A stretch of DNA of 64,000 nucleotides from Salpingoeca rosetta (taxonomy: Eukaryota > Protista > Choanoflagellata), in the NCBI GenBank assembly GCA_033442325.1, contig JAWQFM010000016.1, positions 973,679 to 1,037,678 on the forward strand. Direction: 5' to 3'. Of the stretch, positions 1-33,401 are shown piece after piece (the first letter of the stretch is position 1; each line of letters opens with the position of its first letter). The translations under genes were made by a program, and so were the position numbers. Below the pieces are notes generated by a model. That model did no database searches. It was not told the DNA's origin and saw only the letters and a list, made by a program, of their open reading frames with translations.

Positions 1-18896
<18,896 letters not shown>

Positions 18897-19455
18897 GATG
18901 GCGGCCGTGAGCAGCCAGCGTCTTGCAGGCCTGCTCCTGCCCCTGCTAGTCCTGGTGCTCCTGCTTCAACACCGTCAGCAGCGCTTCAAGACAAGAAGGG
19001 AAGGGAAGTGGAGTGAAGAGGGGTCTGCTTGTCTGTTGTGTCAGCGTGTGTCGGCGTTTGTGCTCGCGCACAGGTTTTGCTTCTTGCTTGCTTGTGTTCG
19101 TGTGCTGTCCTTTTGTGTGTGCTGTTTGATGACGATGACGATGGCACTTCTTCACGGCACAAATCACAACAAGAACCACGAAGTGTGTGCCTGCCGTTCC
19201 CTCCGTTCTCTCCCCCCCCCTCTCTCTCTGTATACGTGTCTCTTGCGCACGCAGTCTATGCTAGCGGTAAGGGGGAAAGGAAGCACGGCGCAAGCAACAA
19301 GACACAACAAACACAGCCACGACCACAGCAGCAGCAACAGCAGCAGTAGCAACAGCAGCAGTAGCAACAGCAGTAGTAGCAACAGCAACAACAGCCTCTT
19401 GTCGCTGCTGGCTTTTCAATTAACGATCCCTGCTTCTCCTCCTTTCATTCGTTCC

Positions 19456-20830
19456 TCAGTCTTCCTTCTTCGCTGGTGCAGGCTTGGGCTCGCCTTCACC
19501 CTCCGCACTGCTGCTGTTGTTGTTTTTCTTCGTCTTCTCATCACCATCGCCAGCGCCATCGCCCTTGTTGTCATCATCGGCATCCTCCTCATCGTCGTCA
19601 GTGACGGGCCCGTACGAGTACAGCGGCTTGAACGACTCCAGAACACCAATCGTCTCGTCGTTAATGCTAAGGATGGCGGGGAGCAAGTGAGCATGCGTTT
19701 GGGGAGAGGAGGGGGGTTGTGAGGCAGCTGCGTAGGACAAAAGCAGAACGCACACCCACACCCACACTCACACTCACACTCGCACCCACACTCACAATCG
19801 CACAAAACGAGCGCTCTTACTTTGGGAGGATCCAGAAGTCGTGCGTGCGGCCGGAGCCGTAGTAGACGGCGAGATGTGCCACGTAGCGCACGACTGAACC
19901 GCACGCGCAGGTGAAGTGGTCGTACACACATGCAATGAGCAAGCAGCAACGGCATGGCAGTGCAGGCAGGCAGAGCAATGGTGGCACACGCACACATACA
20001 CATACACATATACGCACACACGCATACAAACACGTACTTGCAAGCACGCACACACATACACACGCACACACGCACACATACACGTACACACCCCTTTGGT
20101 ACTTACGGAAGAGGGTGAGGAGCAGGATGAGGAGGGTCATGCTGGTGTACCATGCAATGCCGTGCACAACACCGCGGATGGCTTGCGGCCACACGGGGAT
20201 GGTGGTCAACAGACCAACAACCACAACTGCACGCCAGCGCAAAGATGATGCAAGGATAAGACGCGGTGCTTTGCACGGCAGGGCAATACTGTGCATGTGT
20301 GTATGTCTCGATGGGTTACAGGACACACACATACACACACGCACGCACGCGCGTTGCAGTACTCGTATTCGTGGGTGGACTTACGAACGACAAGGCTGAG
20401 GAGATACTGCTTCATGGAATATGCGGTGAAGAGCCACACATACGGCTGAAACCAAGGCAGAGGCCATCGACAGATAAGCACGCAGTGGTGAGCGATGGGT
20501 GCGAAGGCACAATAGCGATGGGTGCGAGGGCACAATAGCGAACAGGGTGGCTCCAAGGCAACGAGGAGTTGGGGCGGAGGGAGGGGGGCAAAAGGGCCGC
20601 AGTGCATCGGGTCACACCACACCGTCTTTGGGTCATCCAGGAACTCGAGTTGCAGCCGCTGGTCCTGTACAGGCTGCAGCTTCTTCTTCGTCTGCAAGGC
20701 GTGATGAGAGGCGGTGGAGGCGGGTGGGGGTGGAACGAGAGACGGGGGGTTGCGGGTGAGGGTTGTCGTGGTTGCGAGAGGGGCATCCGTCATCCCAACA
20801 CGCACACACACACACACACACGCACACACG

Positions 20831-20881
<51 letters not shown>

Positions 20882-21267
20882 GCACCTTGATCTCGCCGTC
20901 CTTTGACTTGACGCGCCGCTCAGCAAACTCTGCGCGGTAGAAGAAGCGACTGCGGAGAAGCCTGCAGACAGGGTGACAACCACACCATACAAGACGCGAT
21001 AACAACAATCAGCGCACGCTCCGAGGGACAAAGAATACACGACTGAGGACACGCAGCGCAGGCTGAGAAGAGAGGTCAAGCTTAGGGCAAAGGGTGTGCC
21101 GTACTGTGTGGCGAGCGCGACGGCCTGGTCCCGGTCCGACACTTCATCACCAAGCTCCTTCAAGATGAAGTCCACCAAACGTCCACCTGCGCACAAGGCA
21201 GCAGCCACACACACGTCAGGGTACATGTGGTTGTGATTGTGGTTGTGGTGAATGTAGAGCAACACAA

Positions 21268-21355
<88 letters not shown>

Positions 21356-21486
21356 GAGAAGTACTGTGCGGGGCGGTCCATCACCTTCTTCTCCTTGGTT
21401 GGCATGTTCAACCGCAGCTTGCGAGCCGCACGCTTCAAATCCTTCAGCGTGCGCTGCTGCTGCTCCTGCGCGCTTGCTTCGCCCAT
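19456..21486 (-). CDS. SEC62: Translocation protein Sec62, multi-exon
   Basis: Starts MGEASAQEQQQRTLKDLKRAARKLR and includes LLRSRFFYRA and YVWLF. Two hydrophobic segments flank PVWP. The spliced C-terminal motif HDFWILPN/INDETIGVLESFKPLYSY matches the Sec62 FWxxPNL...FxxSFxPLY pattern. An acidic tail ends at the stop at 19456. Confidence 0.88.
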
Positions 21487-21779
21487 CGTCTCTCGTCACT
21501 GCTGTGTGTTGTGCTCGTCTCACTTGCTTGGCCCACTTATTGCTTGCTTGCTTCTTGCTTGTTTGTTGTTTGTGGGTGTGGGAAATACGATGAGTGCTTT
21601 CTTCTCCTCTCTTTCCCTCTGCTTTCGTTTTTGTTGTTTGTTCACATCAAGTCACACATCAAGTCACACCTTGCTGCTCACTTCATCGACTTTATTCACG
21701 TTAGGAGAGCACACATGCACACACACACATGCAAGCACACACATGCAAGCACATGCACACACATGCACATGCACACACA

Positions 21780-24190
<2,411 letters not shown>

Positions 24191-24643
24191 CGTGTCTGGC
24201 TCTGTCTGTGATTCTTGTTCCGCGGTGGTTGTCTTGCTCAGGCTCAGGCAGTTGTCGACCAAGAGAAAGTCGCGTCATCAAACTGTGCAAATTGCAGTGT
24301 TATCAAATCAGCTGTGTGCAATTGGCAAACCGCGAGATGACAAGCAAGCACAAGTCGCGTGCACAGTCTCATCAGTCTCTCTCTGTCACCCGTGACACAC
24401 ACAACTCACGGACACTGGAACAGTCAGACTTCCATCCGTCCTGTCATGACTCTGACACAACAATATTCACTGACACAGATGCAGACACATCCTGACACAC
24501 ATCCTGTGCTCTTTATGTTGCCGCAACCATGGATACGTGGTCATTTATTACATCGCTGACCCAGCGACCGAGCATCATTGGAAGATTAGAGCAGCCGACA
24601 AGAAGACAAGACTACGACAAGAAGACAAGAAGCCACCAGCACA

Positions 24644-25759
24644 ATGACTGAAGAGAACATCCCGGGAGTGGTGATCGACAATGGCTCCGGCGTTATCAAG
24701 AGTGGCTTTGCCGATGCTGACGCACCCCACGCCGTCTTTCCTTCCATCGTTGGCCGTCCACGCCACCATGCACACCACTCCGCCTTTATTGGACCGAACG
24801 CCCAGAGCAAGCGTGGCATACTTGCACTTGAATACCCCATTGAGCACGGCATCGTGACCAACTGGGACGACATGGAGAAGATCTGGCACCACACCTTCTG
24901 CGACGAGCTCAAGGTGGATCCTGAGAACCATTCTGTCCTCCTCACGGAAGCTTGCCTCAACCCCCGAGCCAACCGCGAGAAGATGGCCCAGATCATGTTT
25001 GAGACGTTCAAGACACCTGGCGTGTACGTTGCCACAGCTCCAGTATTGTCGCTGTTCGCTTCCGGACGCACCACTGGCGTGGTTGTGGACTGTGGTGATG
25101 GCGTGACGCAGATTGTGCCTGTGTACGAAGATTGCTTCCTTCGGCACACCATTCAGCGCCTCGACCTTGCCGGCCGCGATCTCACCGACTACATGATCAA
25201 GCTGCTGGATGGGCACGCGTACACCTTCAGGTCGACGGCTGAGCGTGACATTGCCCGTGGTGCCAAGGAGAAGCTCTCCTACGTCGCCCTCGATTACGAA
25301 CAGGAGATGTCAGCTAATTGTGCTGACGTTGAAGATTGGTATGAGCTTCCCGATGGCCAGGTTCTGAGCGTCTGCCACGAGCGCTTTCGCTGTGCAGAGC
25401 CGCTCTTCCAACCTCACATCCTCGGTCTAGAGATGGCTGGCATTCACGAACTCACCTACAACTCGATTTCGCGGTGCAACGATAACATCCCTGAGGAACC
25501 GTTCGCCAATCCCGAAATTGTGCTTGCTGGCGGCACCACCATGATGCCGGGCTTTGTCGAACGCATGCACAAAGAGATCACCGCCCTTGCGCCATCCACC
25601 ATGAATATCAAGATCATTGCTCCTCCCAAGCGCAAGCAGGCTGCATGGCTCGGCGGCTCCATCCTCGCCTCCCTCTCCACCTTCCAGCAGACGTGGATCA
25701 CCAAGGCCGAGTATGACGAAGTCGGGCCGTCTATTGTCCACCGCAAGTGTTGGTCCTAA
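24644..25759 (+). CDS. Divergent actin paralog A, 371 aa, intronless
   Basis: Full-length actin fold ([47 protein letters not shown]) with a shortened His-rich D-loop. Confidence 0.95.
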   Translation: MTEENIPGVVIDNGSGVIKSGFADADAPHAVFPSIVGRPRHHAHHSAFIGPNAQSKRGILALEYPIEHGIVTNWDDMEKIWHHTFCDELKVDPENHSVLLTEACLNPRANREKMAQIMFETFKTPGVYVATAPVLSLFASGRTTGVVVDCGDGVTQIVPVYEDCFLRHTIQRLDLAGRDLTDYMIKLLDGHAYTFRSTAERDIARGAKEKLSYVALDYEQEMSANCADVEDWYELPDGQVLSVCHERFRCAEPLFQPHILGLEMAGIHELTYNSISRCNDNIPEEPFANPEIVLAGGTTMMPGFVERMHKEITALAPSTMNIKIIAPPKRKQAAWLGGSILASLSTFQQTWITKAEYDEVGPSIVHRKCWS

Positions 25760-25818
25760 ACACACACACAGGTCTGGGCGCGCGCGCGCGTGTGTGTGTA
25801 TGTGTGTGTCTGTCTGTC

Positions 25819-25876
<58 letters not shown>

Positions 25877-25924
25877 TGTCTAGTCTGTCTGTCTGTGTTA
25901 GGCAGGATGGTCAGACAAGCGTGT

Positions 25925-26024
25925 NNNNNNNNNNNNNNNNNNNNNNNNNNNNNNNNNNNNNNNNNNNNNNNNNNNNNNNNNNNNNNNNNNNNNNNNNNNN
26001 NNNNNNNNNNNNNNNNNNNNNNNN
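25925..26024. other. Assembly gap (100 N)
   Basis: N run between actin A and actin B. Confidence 1.
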
Positions 26025-26078
<54 letters not shown>

Positions 26079-26665
26079 TGTCTGTCTGTCTGTCTGTGTG
26101 TCTGTCCGTGTGTATGTGTCTGTGTGTCTGTCTGTCTGTCTGTGTGTCTGCGTGTCTGTATGTCTGTCCAACCATCTGGTCGTGCCTGTACCTGCTTGTC
26201 TGTATTTCCCTCCCCTCTACCCCCTTAACTGCCCTACTCCCTTGCTCCCCTGCTTCCTCGCACTGGCGTTGTTCCTGCCTGCATTGTACCTATTCTTGTA
26301 CCACTATCACTCTCTTCGTCCTCTTCATTCCTTCGCACATGCTCCTCCTGTCACATCTTCCCCCGCCATTGCTGTTCGCTCGTTCCCCCTTTCCACCATG
26401 TGCCACTGTGACACACCACTGCGCACCCTTCCCTCTTCTCTTCTGGGGTACACTGCAAAAGAAAGCCAACATGAAGCCAGCAAGCCAGAGAAGGCAACCA
26501 GGGCCTCAGGGCAACAGCCTCACAAGCGCATTCATGTGGCCAGAAACGGACGAGCACTCCCAGCCAAACAACGCGTTTGCTGGAAGGACTCTTGCTTGTG
26601 AGATTTCGCATTTCACAACCAACTTCACAACCAACCAACCAACCCACCAACGGACACGACATACG

Positions 26666-27805
26666 ATGGCGGAGATTGACCCAGATGCACCTGCTGTTGT
26701 TCTTGACAACGGTTCCTTCGAGTGCAAGGCCGGGTTTGCGGGGGAGGATGAGCCGCGTGCGGTCTTTCCCGCCGTGGTGGGGCGCCCTCACCACCACGGC
26801 CAGGCCGACGCGGGCCACAAGCACAGGGACGCGTACGTTGGCGCGGAAGCCCTGGAGAAGAGCGATGTTCTCACGCTCAGGTACCCTGTTGAGCACCGCA
26901 TTGTGACCAACTGGGACGACATGGAGAAGATCTGGCACCACACCTTCCACAACGAGCTCAAGGTGGATCCTGAGAAGCAGCCGGTGCTTCTGACCGAGCC
27001 TCCGCTCAACCCCAAGCCCAACCGTGAGAAGATGACCCAGATCATGTTTGAGACGTTCAACACGCCCGCAGCCTACCTGTCCAATCAAGCCGTGCTCTCC
27101 CTGTACGCCTGCGGCCGTACCACGGGTATCGTCCTCGACTCTGGTTACGACGTCACCCACACGGTCCCCATCTCCGAGGGTTACGCCCTGCCTCACGCCA
27201 TCCTGCGCCTCGACCTCGCCGGCCGCCATCTCACCAACTACATGATGAACCTCCTCACCGAGCGCGGTTACTCCTTCACCACCACCGCCGAGCGTGACAC
27301 TGCCCGCGACATCAAGGAAAAGCTCTCCTACGTCGCCCTCGACTTTGAGCAGGAGATGGCCACCGCCGCTTCCTCCTCCAGCCTGGAGAAGAGCTACGAC
27401 CTCCCCGATGGCCAGAGCATTACTATCGGCAACGAGCGCTTCCGCTGCCCTGAGGCGCTCTTCCAGCCGTCCCTCCTGGACATTGAGGCCACGGGCATCC
27501 ACGAGCAACTGAACACCTCAGTACTCAGGTGTGACCTCGACATCTACAGGGTGATGCTCAACAACATTGTGCTCTCTGGCGGCACCACGCTGTTCCCCGG
27601 CATTGCCAAGCGCATGCAGAAGGAGATGACTGCACTTGCGCCCGCTGCGCTGAGTGTCAAGATTGCGCCCCCTGCAGACAGCAAGTATGCCGTGTGGGAG
27701 GGAGGTGCCATCCTCACCTCACTCTCCACCTTTGAGGACCTGTGGATCTCCAAGGCCGAGTACGACGAGTCTGGCCCCTCGATTGTCCACCGCAAGTGCA
27801 CGTAA
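26666..27805 (+). CDS. Divergent actin paralog B, 379 aa, intronless
   Basis: ATG at 26666 ([17 protein letters not shown]). Actin motifs run throughout to [10 protein letters not shown]. The upstream part of the listed 671-aa ORF is microsatellite and gap. Confidence 0.95.
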   Translation: MAEIDPDAPAVVLDNGSFECKAGFAGEDEPRAVFPAVVGRPHHHGQADAGHKHRDAYVGAEALEKSDVLTLRYPVEHRIVTNWDDMEKIWHHTFHNELKVDPEKQPVLLTEPPLNPKPNREKMTQIMFETFNTPAAYLSNQAVLSLYACGRTTGIVLDSGYDVTHTVPISEGYALPHAILRLDLAGRHLTNYMMNLLTERGYSFTTTAERDTARDIKEKLSYVALDFEQEMATAASSSSLEKSYDLPDGQSITIGNERFRCPEALFQPSLLDIEATGIHEQLNTSVLRCDLDIYRVMLNNIVLSGGTTLFPGIAKRMQKEMTALAPAALSVKIAPPADSKYAVWEGGAILTSLSTFEDLWISKAEYDESGPSIVHRKCT

Positions 27806-28456
27806 TCAAGCACACACACAAAGTGTTCTCGTGAACATGTGTGTGTGTATCTGTGTGTGTGTGTGTACCTGTGTGTGTATGTATTTTGTGTGTGTGTGTG
27901 TATGTGTGTGTATGTGTGTGTGTGTGTGTGTCTCGACGTCTGTATGTGTCTGCGGCTGTTATCTACCTCAGAGCCCATGTGTGGATGTCTGCGGCTGTTA
28001 CCTGACCTCAGAGCCTACGTGTGCGCACACCTCTCGTGTTACGCTGTGCCTGTCAATACCGTTCACCACCACCACCACCACCACCACCATCGCTGCATGC
28101 GTTTTTGCCGCCCCTCTCCTTGTGTGCGCATGCATGCATACCCATTCTCGCAAAGAAGACTTGTAATTGCCATTGCGCGCAACTATAAACGAAGCGCAAC
28201 ACTGCCACCCAACGACAGCCAATACTAAGGTACAAAGGCACCAACAAACAGCAACGTGCCACGCACACACACACACTCACACTCACACACACACACACAC
28301 ACACACACGCACGCACACACACACACTCACACACTCACACACACTCACACACACTCACACTCACACTCACTCACGCACACGCACACGCACACGCACACAC
28401 ACTCACACTCACACTCACTCACATACAAAACAAAGTGACAACCCACACAACAGCCA

Positions 28457-30289
28457 CTACTCCTCGCCATCCCCTTCGTCATCCTCCTCGTCCTCGTCCT
28501 CGTCCACGTCGTCGTCGTCGTAGTGCAGCTGGTATGTGCTGCTGATGTCCCAGCGCGACCCGCTGGACGCCGCGCTGACGTACTTGATGAAGCGCATCGT
28601 GCCCGGGTCGCGGTACACCAGCGACAGCGTGTTGGATGACGGCTGCACGCTGAGCAGATCATTGCCGGCCGCGTCATCATCGCAGTACACCTCCGCCGCC
28701 ACATTGTCCTCGTTCTCCGCGGCCAGGTAGCACTCGAACCCGCCCGCGTCCCCACTCGTCCACTGCGCGCCCTTGAGCTCGTCGCTGTCGTCAACAAAGC
28801 ACAGCGTGGCGTCCAGCTCCGCCTCTGCCTGCAGCTGCCCGTGGTGCGCCACTGTGTAGTCGAGGCCGCTGCGGAAGCGCCGCGTTGCCGTCTTCAAACC
28901 CGTCAGCCGCCCGCCGGTCACCACGCTCAGATACCGCAGGAACGGCCGCGACCGGAACACCGCCGTCTCCAGCCGTGCGAGCGTCGCCCCAGGCGATGCT
29001 GTGTCTTCTTGCTTGTCAGCCTCCTTGTCTGCGGCGTTGCTGGCGCGCGTGTATTGCAGGAAGCGCTGCATGTGCGCGGGGCCAACCACCTGCCAGTTGC
29101 CCTCAATCCCCGTGTCGTCCCTGGGCAGCCTCTCGTCCAGCAGGCCATCCTTTGTGTCGGCCTCCAAGCACTCCGCCGTCACGCGCGCCGCCACATCTTC
29201 CTTGAGGAAGCGCTGCAGCTGCACAGAGGAAGAGTTCTCAAACTCCTTGCCAATGGCCGCAATGGCATCGGCCTTGAGGTATACCGGGTTGACGTACTGC
29301 TGCAGGAAGGCCAGGTCCTCGTCCGAGAGCGAATCCACCTCCACGCCGTCAGGCTTGACGCTGCTGCTGCTGTCCTTGCTGCTGTCCTTGCTGCTGTCCT
29401 TGCTGGTGTTGTCGGTGCTGTTGTCGGCGTGGATGGGCTCAAAGGGCTGCTCGCGCTCCTGCGCCGTCTTGAGCTGGTTGAGGGAGGCCATGTCGTTGCC
29501 GATGGGCTCGCGTGGCCCGTGGAACCAGCCCTGGATGCTGAGGCGTGGCGACCCGTCAGAGAGCACCTCCTGCACAGAGTGGTACGAGCGCCCAGGCATC
29601 ACGCGGAACACGCCCATGGTGTTGAAGAGCGGCAGGTGGCGAGCGGTCGGGTGGGCGGTCGGCACGCCTTGCACCAGCATCTCCGCGCCCTCGTCCCCCT
29701 GGGCCTCTCGCTTGACAACGCTGGTGGGGTCCAGCGGGTACAGCTCCAACGCGCCGCCCTCCTCCGCGGTCCAGCCCTCCTTGCTGAAGTACAGGATGAA
29801 GGAGACGGCGCGGGTGCCGATGACGTCGTCGTGGCACAGGAGGTGGGAGCCGTGCGTGTAGGCGGAGGCGGCCATGTCCACGCGCTCCGTCAGCTCGCCG
29901 CAGCCGGTCACCTCGGAGATGAAGCTGCGAAACTCCTTGGAGTAGAGCCGGTCGCGCAGCCTGAGCAGGGTGGGCAGCTTTGCGGCCAGCTCGGGCTGTG
30001 TGTTGTCGATGTTGGCCAAGTCCGTGGTCTGGTACAGCTTGAACAGGTCCGTCTCCTTGTACTTGGTCTCCAGGTTCTGCACAATTTCATCACGCACCTG
30101 CGCAAACTCTTCCGGACTGCAGATGGGATCGAAGATGCAGTGCGGGTATGGCTTCGATGTCACATATGCATTGCGGTACTTCTCCCGCGATTCCTTCGTC
30201 AACAGGCCCTCGCTCAGCAGCTCCTTCTGCTCCTTGGGGTCGCTGCCATCACCAGCATCTACCTTGGCTCGCTTCTCGTCCATCATCAT
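28457..30289 (-). CDS. OGFOD1: Prolyl 3-hydroxylase OGFOD1/Tpa1 (Fe(II)/2-oxoglutarate dioxygenase), ~610 aa, intronless
   Basis: Motifs PYPH, KETDLFKLYQTTDLAN, HLLCHDDVIGTRAVSFILY (HxD), SYHSVQEV and RLSIQGWF. The C-terminal Ofd1 domain shows RRFRSGLDYT and NTLSLVYRD...RFIKYVS. Confidence 0.93.
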   Translation of the reverse strand: MMMDEKRAKVDAGDGSDPKEQKELLSEGLLTKESREKYRNAYVTSKPYPHCIFDPICSPEEFAQVRDEIVQNLETKYKETDLFKLYQTTDLANIDNTQPELAAKLPTLLRLRDRLYSKEFRSFISEVTGCGELTERVDMAASAYTHGSHLLCHDDVIGTRAVSFILYFSKEGWTAEEGGALELYPLDPTSVVKREAQGDEGAEMLVQGVPTAHPTARHLPLFNTMGVFRVMPGRSYHSVQEVLSDGSPRLSIQGWFHGPREPIGNDMASLNQLKTAQEREQPFEPIHADNSTDNTSKDSSKDSSKDSSSSVKPDGVEVDSLSDEDLAFLQQYVNPVYLKADAIAAIGKEFENSSSVQLQRFLKEDVAARVTAECLEADTKDGLLDERLPRDDTGIEGNWQVVGPAHMQRFLQYTRASNAADKEADKQEDTASPGATLARLETAVFRSRPFLRYLSVVTGGRLTGLKTATRRFRSGLDYTVAHHGQLQAEAELDATLCFVDDSDELKGAQWTSGDAGGFECYLAAENEDNVAAEVYCDDDAAGNDLLSVQPSSNTLSLVYRDPGTMRFIKYVSAASSGSRWDISSTYQLHYDDDDVDEDEDEEDDEGDGEE

Positions 30290-30588
30290 CTCTGCAGTGC
30301 TCACTCGCACGTGTGTGTGTGTGTGTGTCTTGTGGCTTGTGGTTGTGGTCGTGTGTTGATTGCGTTGGTGCACAAAAACTGCTGATTCAGCACAAATCCC
30401 GCGCACTTTGCTGTTGGCTGGCTGCAACGAAGACAACGAAGACGAACACCAAGCAAGCAGAGACCCTGCAACGTGCCAACCAACCAACCAGTTCACCACC
30501 ACTCCACCACCACGACCACCAACCAACCAACCAATTCAGCCTTGTCTCTGCCTTTGCTTGCCTGCGTTCACAATACGGGCGGCGGAAG

Positions 30589-33035
30589 ATGCAGGAGTTC
30601 CAGCACAGGACGGAGGAGTGCGAGCGCGCCGTCTCCTTTGACACGGCGCGCGTGGACGGCGCAACGCAGCTGGGCGCCGCAGTGTTTTGGGCGGCGGTGA
30701 CCTCTGGCGCAGGATACCGGCTGCTGGCACACGATGAACAGGGCCAAGGCTTGCTGGCGCTGCTTGGGCTGCAGGACGCGGCGCAGCTCGGCTCTGCGGT
30801 GCACGAGGCAGTGGGCTTCCTCGTCTGGGGCACGTCTGCGCTGCAGCGCAACCAGGTGCCCGCGCTGTCCCTGCGGTTTGTGCGCGTCGCCGTCAAGGCC
30901 GCGGCATGGCTGGCGCTGACCGCCATGAGCTACTGCCCCGTCGGCCGGCTGGTGTTTGGGCGGCCTCTGCGGCGCCTGGCCATCACGTGTGCGCAGCAAG
31001 GCAGCGCGGCCCATGCTGGCGCCATGGCGCGCTTTGCTCGTGCATTTGCGGCCATGGCCACCTCGAAACAAGGGCTGCTGGCGCTGCTGAACGCCGCCAT
31101 CCTGCCCATGCTGCAGAGAGCGCTTCGCGGTGCGGGCACAGACACGGGCCTGCTTCGGGGCGTCCTCGGGACCGTGGTCACCAGCCTGCGCGTCATCCTC
31201 ACCGTGACATCCGCCGTGGCCACCTACACACAGCTGCGGCCCGCACATCTCGTGCCGTCCAACCCATGGGAGGCCGAGCCCGCGCACATGGAGTACCTGC
31301 GCAAAACCGCGCTGGCCACCGTGCACGAGCATGGCGACGATGGCATCGATGAAAACACCCCGGCAGGTGGACCCATTGGCGTGCTTGTGTGTAACCTCGG
31401 CACAACACCCACTCCACGTGCCACAGATGTGGCCCAGTTCCTAAAGGAGTTTCTCATGGATCCGCGTGTTGTGGAGGTGCGTACATCACGTGTGTATTTG
31501 TGTGTGGGGAGGAAGGTAACGGTGTGCTTCTGTGTGTCTGTGTCTTTGTGTCTGTGACTTTGTGTGCGTGCGTGTGTGTGTGTGTGTGTGTGTGTGTCTC
31601 TCTCTCTCTCTCTGTCCTCACCTACACGTGCACGCACCCATCGTGATGTGCGGCTTGTTAGGTTGCACCTTGGGTGTGGAGCATGGTGCTGAATGGCTTT
31701 ATCATTCCCATCCGCAAGTACACATCTGGCCAGCTGTATGAGCGCCTGTTCCAGAACGCCGGTACAGGCAACACGTCCCCCCTCGTCCACCACACCAGCC
31801 GCTTCACACAGCAAGTCCAGCAACACCTCGGCTCCAACTATGTCGTCGAATACGGCATGAGGTGCTCTTGTGTGCGTGTGTGTATGTCTGTCTGTCTGTC
31901 TGTCTATGTGTGTGTGCCTGTCTGTCTGTCTGCCTGTTTGTTTGTTTGTTTGTTTGTTTGTCTATGTGTGTGTGTGTCTGCCTGCCTGTCTGTCTGTCTG
32001 TTTGTTTGTTTGTTTGTCTGCAGCTGCATCGATCGACGTACGTCTGTGTGCTTATGTGCCTTGTCCCCAACTCCCCTCTTCCTCCCCCCAAGCTCACACC
32101 TCTCCGTCCCTCCCTCCGCCTGCTCGCACCTGCTATTGTCAGATATGGGGAGCCCAGCATTGGGAGTGCGCTGGCTGCGTTGAAACGCCGCGAGTGTGAG
32201 CGGGTGATTGTGCTGCCCAAATACCCGCAGTACTCTGGCACAACCACCGCCTCCATCTACGACGAGGTGTTTGCGTGTGCGCGCCGCTATCGCTTCGTCC
32301 CAGCCATCCGCATTGTCCCACCCTTTTACAGCCACCCAGCCTACATCCAGGCGATCGTGGCCACGGCGTCGCAGTTCCTTGCACAGCACAGCAACATTGA
32401 GCGCTTTGTCATTTCGTTTCACGGCATCCCCGAACGCTACCACCTTCGCGGCGACCCGTACCCGTGGCACTGCGAGGCGACGGCGCGCGCCATTGCAGCG
32501 GGAATGTGCTGGAGCAAAGACCAGTGGATGCTGTCGTACCAGTCTGTGTTTGGCAAGGACCCCTGGCTGCTTCCCGCCACGGATGCAACCGTCGAGGAGC
32601 TCGGGAAACAAGGTGCGTTTATTGTGGGGGGGGGTGTCTGTGTCTGTGTCTGTCTGTCTGTCTGTCTAAACGTGCTGACACCACGAACCCTCGTCCTGTG
32701 CTGGTTCCCTCCCAATGCTCGAGATTGTGCATGCATGCATGCCAGCTCAACACACACACACACTCACTCACTCACAAACTCTCACACACACACACACACA
32801 CACACACACAACACAACACAACACAAATGCAGGGGTGAAGAGGATTGCCGTGCTGTGTCCGGGCTTCCTGACCGATTGCCTGGAGACAATTGATGAGAAC
32901 GGCACAGAGAATGCAAACGTCTTCAAGGAGAACGGGGGCGAGGAGCTTGTGCTTGTGCCCTGCCTCAACTCCAGCCCAGAGTGGTGTGAGGCCGCAGCAG
33001 CCATTATCCAACACGAAGCCCGCGGCTGGGAATAG
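30589..33035 (+). CDS. hemH: Ferrochelatase (bacterial HemH-like) with a ~260-aa N-terminal extension; exons 30589-31476, 31662-31861, 32143-32612, 32833-33035
   Basis: Motifs GVLVCNLGT, FLKEFLMDPRVVE, YGMRYGEPSI, LPKYPQYSGTTTAS, SFHGIPERY..GDPY, QSVFGKDPWL, CPGFLTDCLETIDE and PCLN. All three GT-AG introns join in frame. Confidence 0.93.
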
Positions 33036-33401
33036 TAGCCCCACAAGTGTGCGTGTGTGTGTGTGTGTGTGCGCGCGCTGTGTGTGTGTGCGTGTGTATG
33101 CTGTGTGTGCTGTGTGTGCTGTGTGTGTGTGTGATGTAAATCTCGCCATCTCGCCAACTCGTGTCACATCACGCACTTTGTCACTTCACGGGTGCTAAGT
33201 TGAACCTCCGGTTTACAATAAAATATGCGACATCACTTCAGACAGTGCAGCACACACGTGCGCGTCCATCGCGGCACGCCACACAGCCACACGCACGAAA
33301 CTCCAAGCACGCACACACACACACACACACACATATGCACACACACATATGCACACGCACACACACACACACACACACAGTCGCAGTCGCATCCTCATGC
33401 A

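Noticed and set aside
25790-26665. Long N-terminal extension of actin B in the 671-aa ORF
   Set aside because: It runs through microsatellite and an N gap; the actin-homologous start is at 26666.
27944-28015. Imperfect ~33-bp direct duplication downstream of actin B
   Set aside because: There are only two degenerate copies and no terminal repeats or coding capacity; likely local slippage in the 3' UTR.
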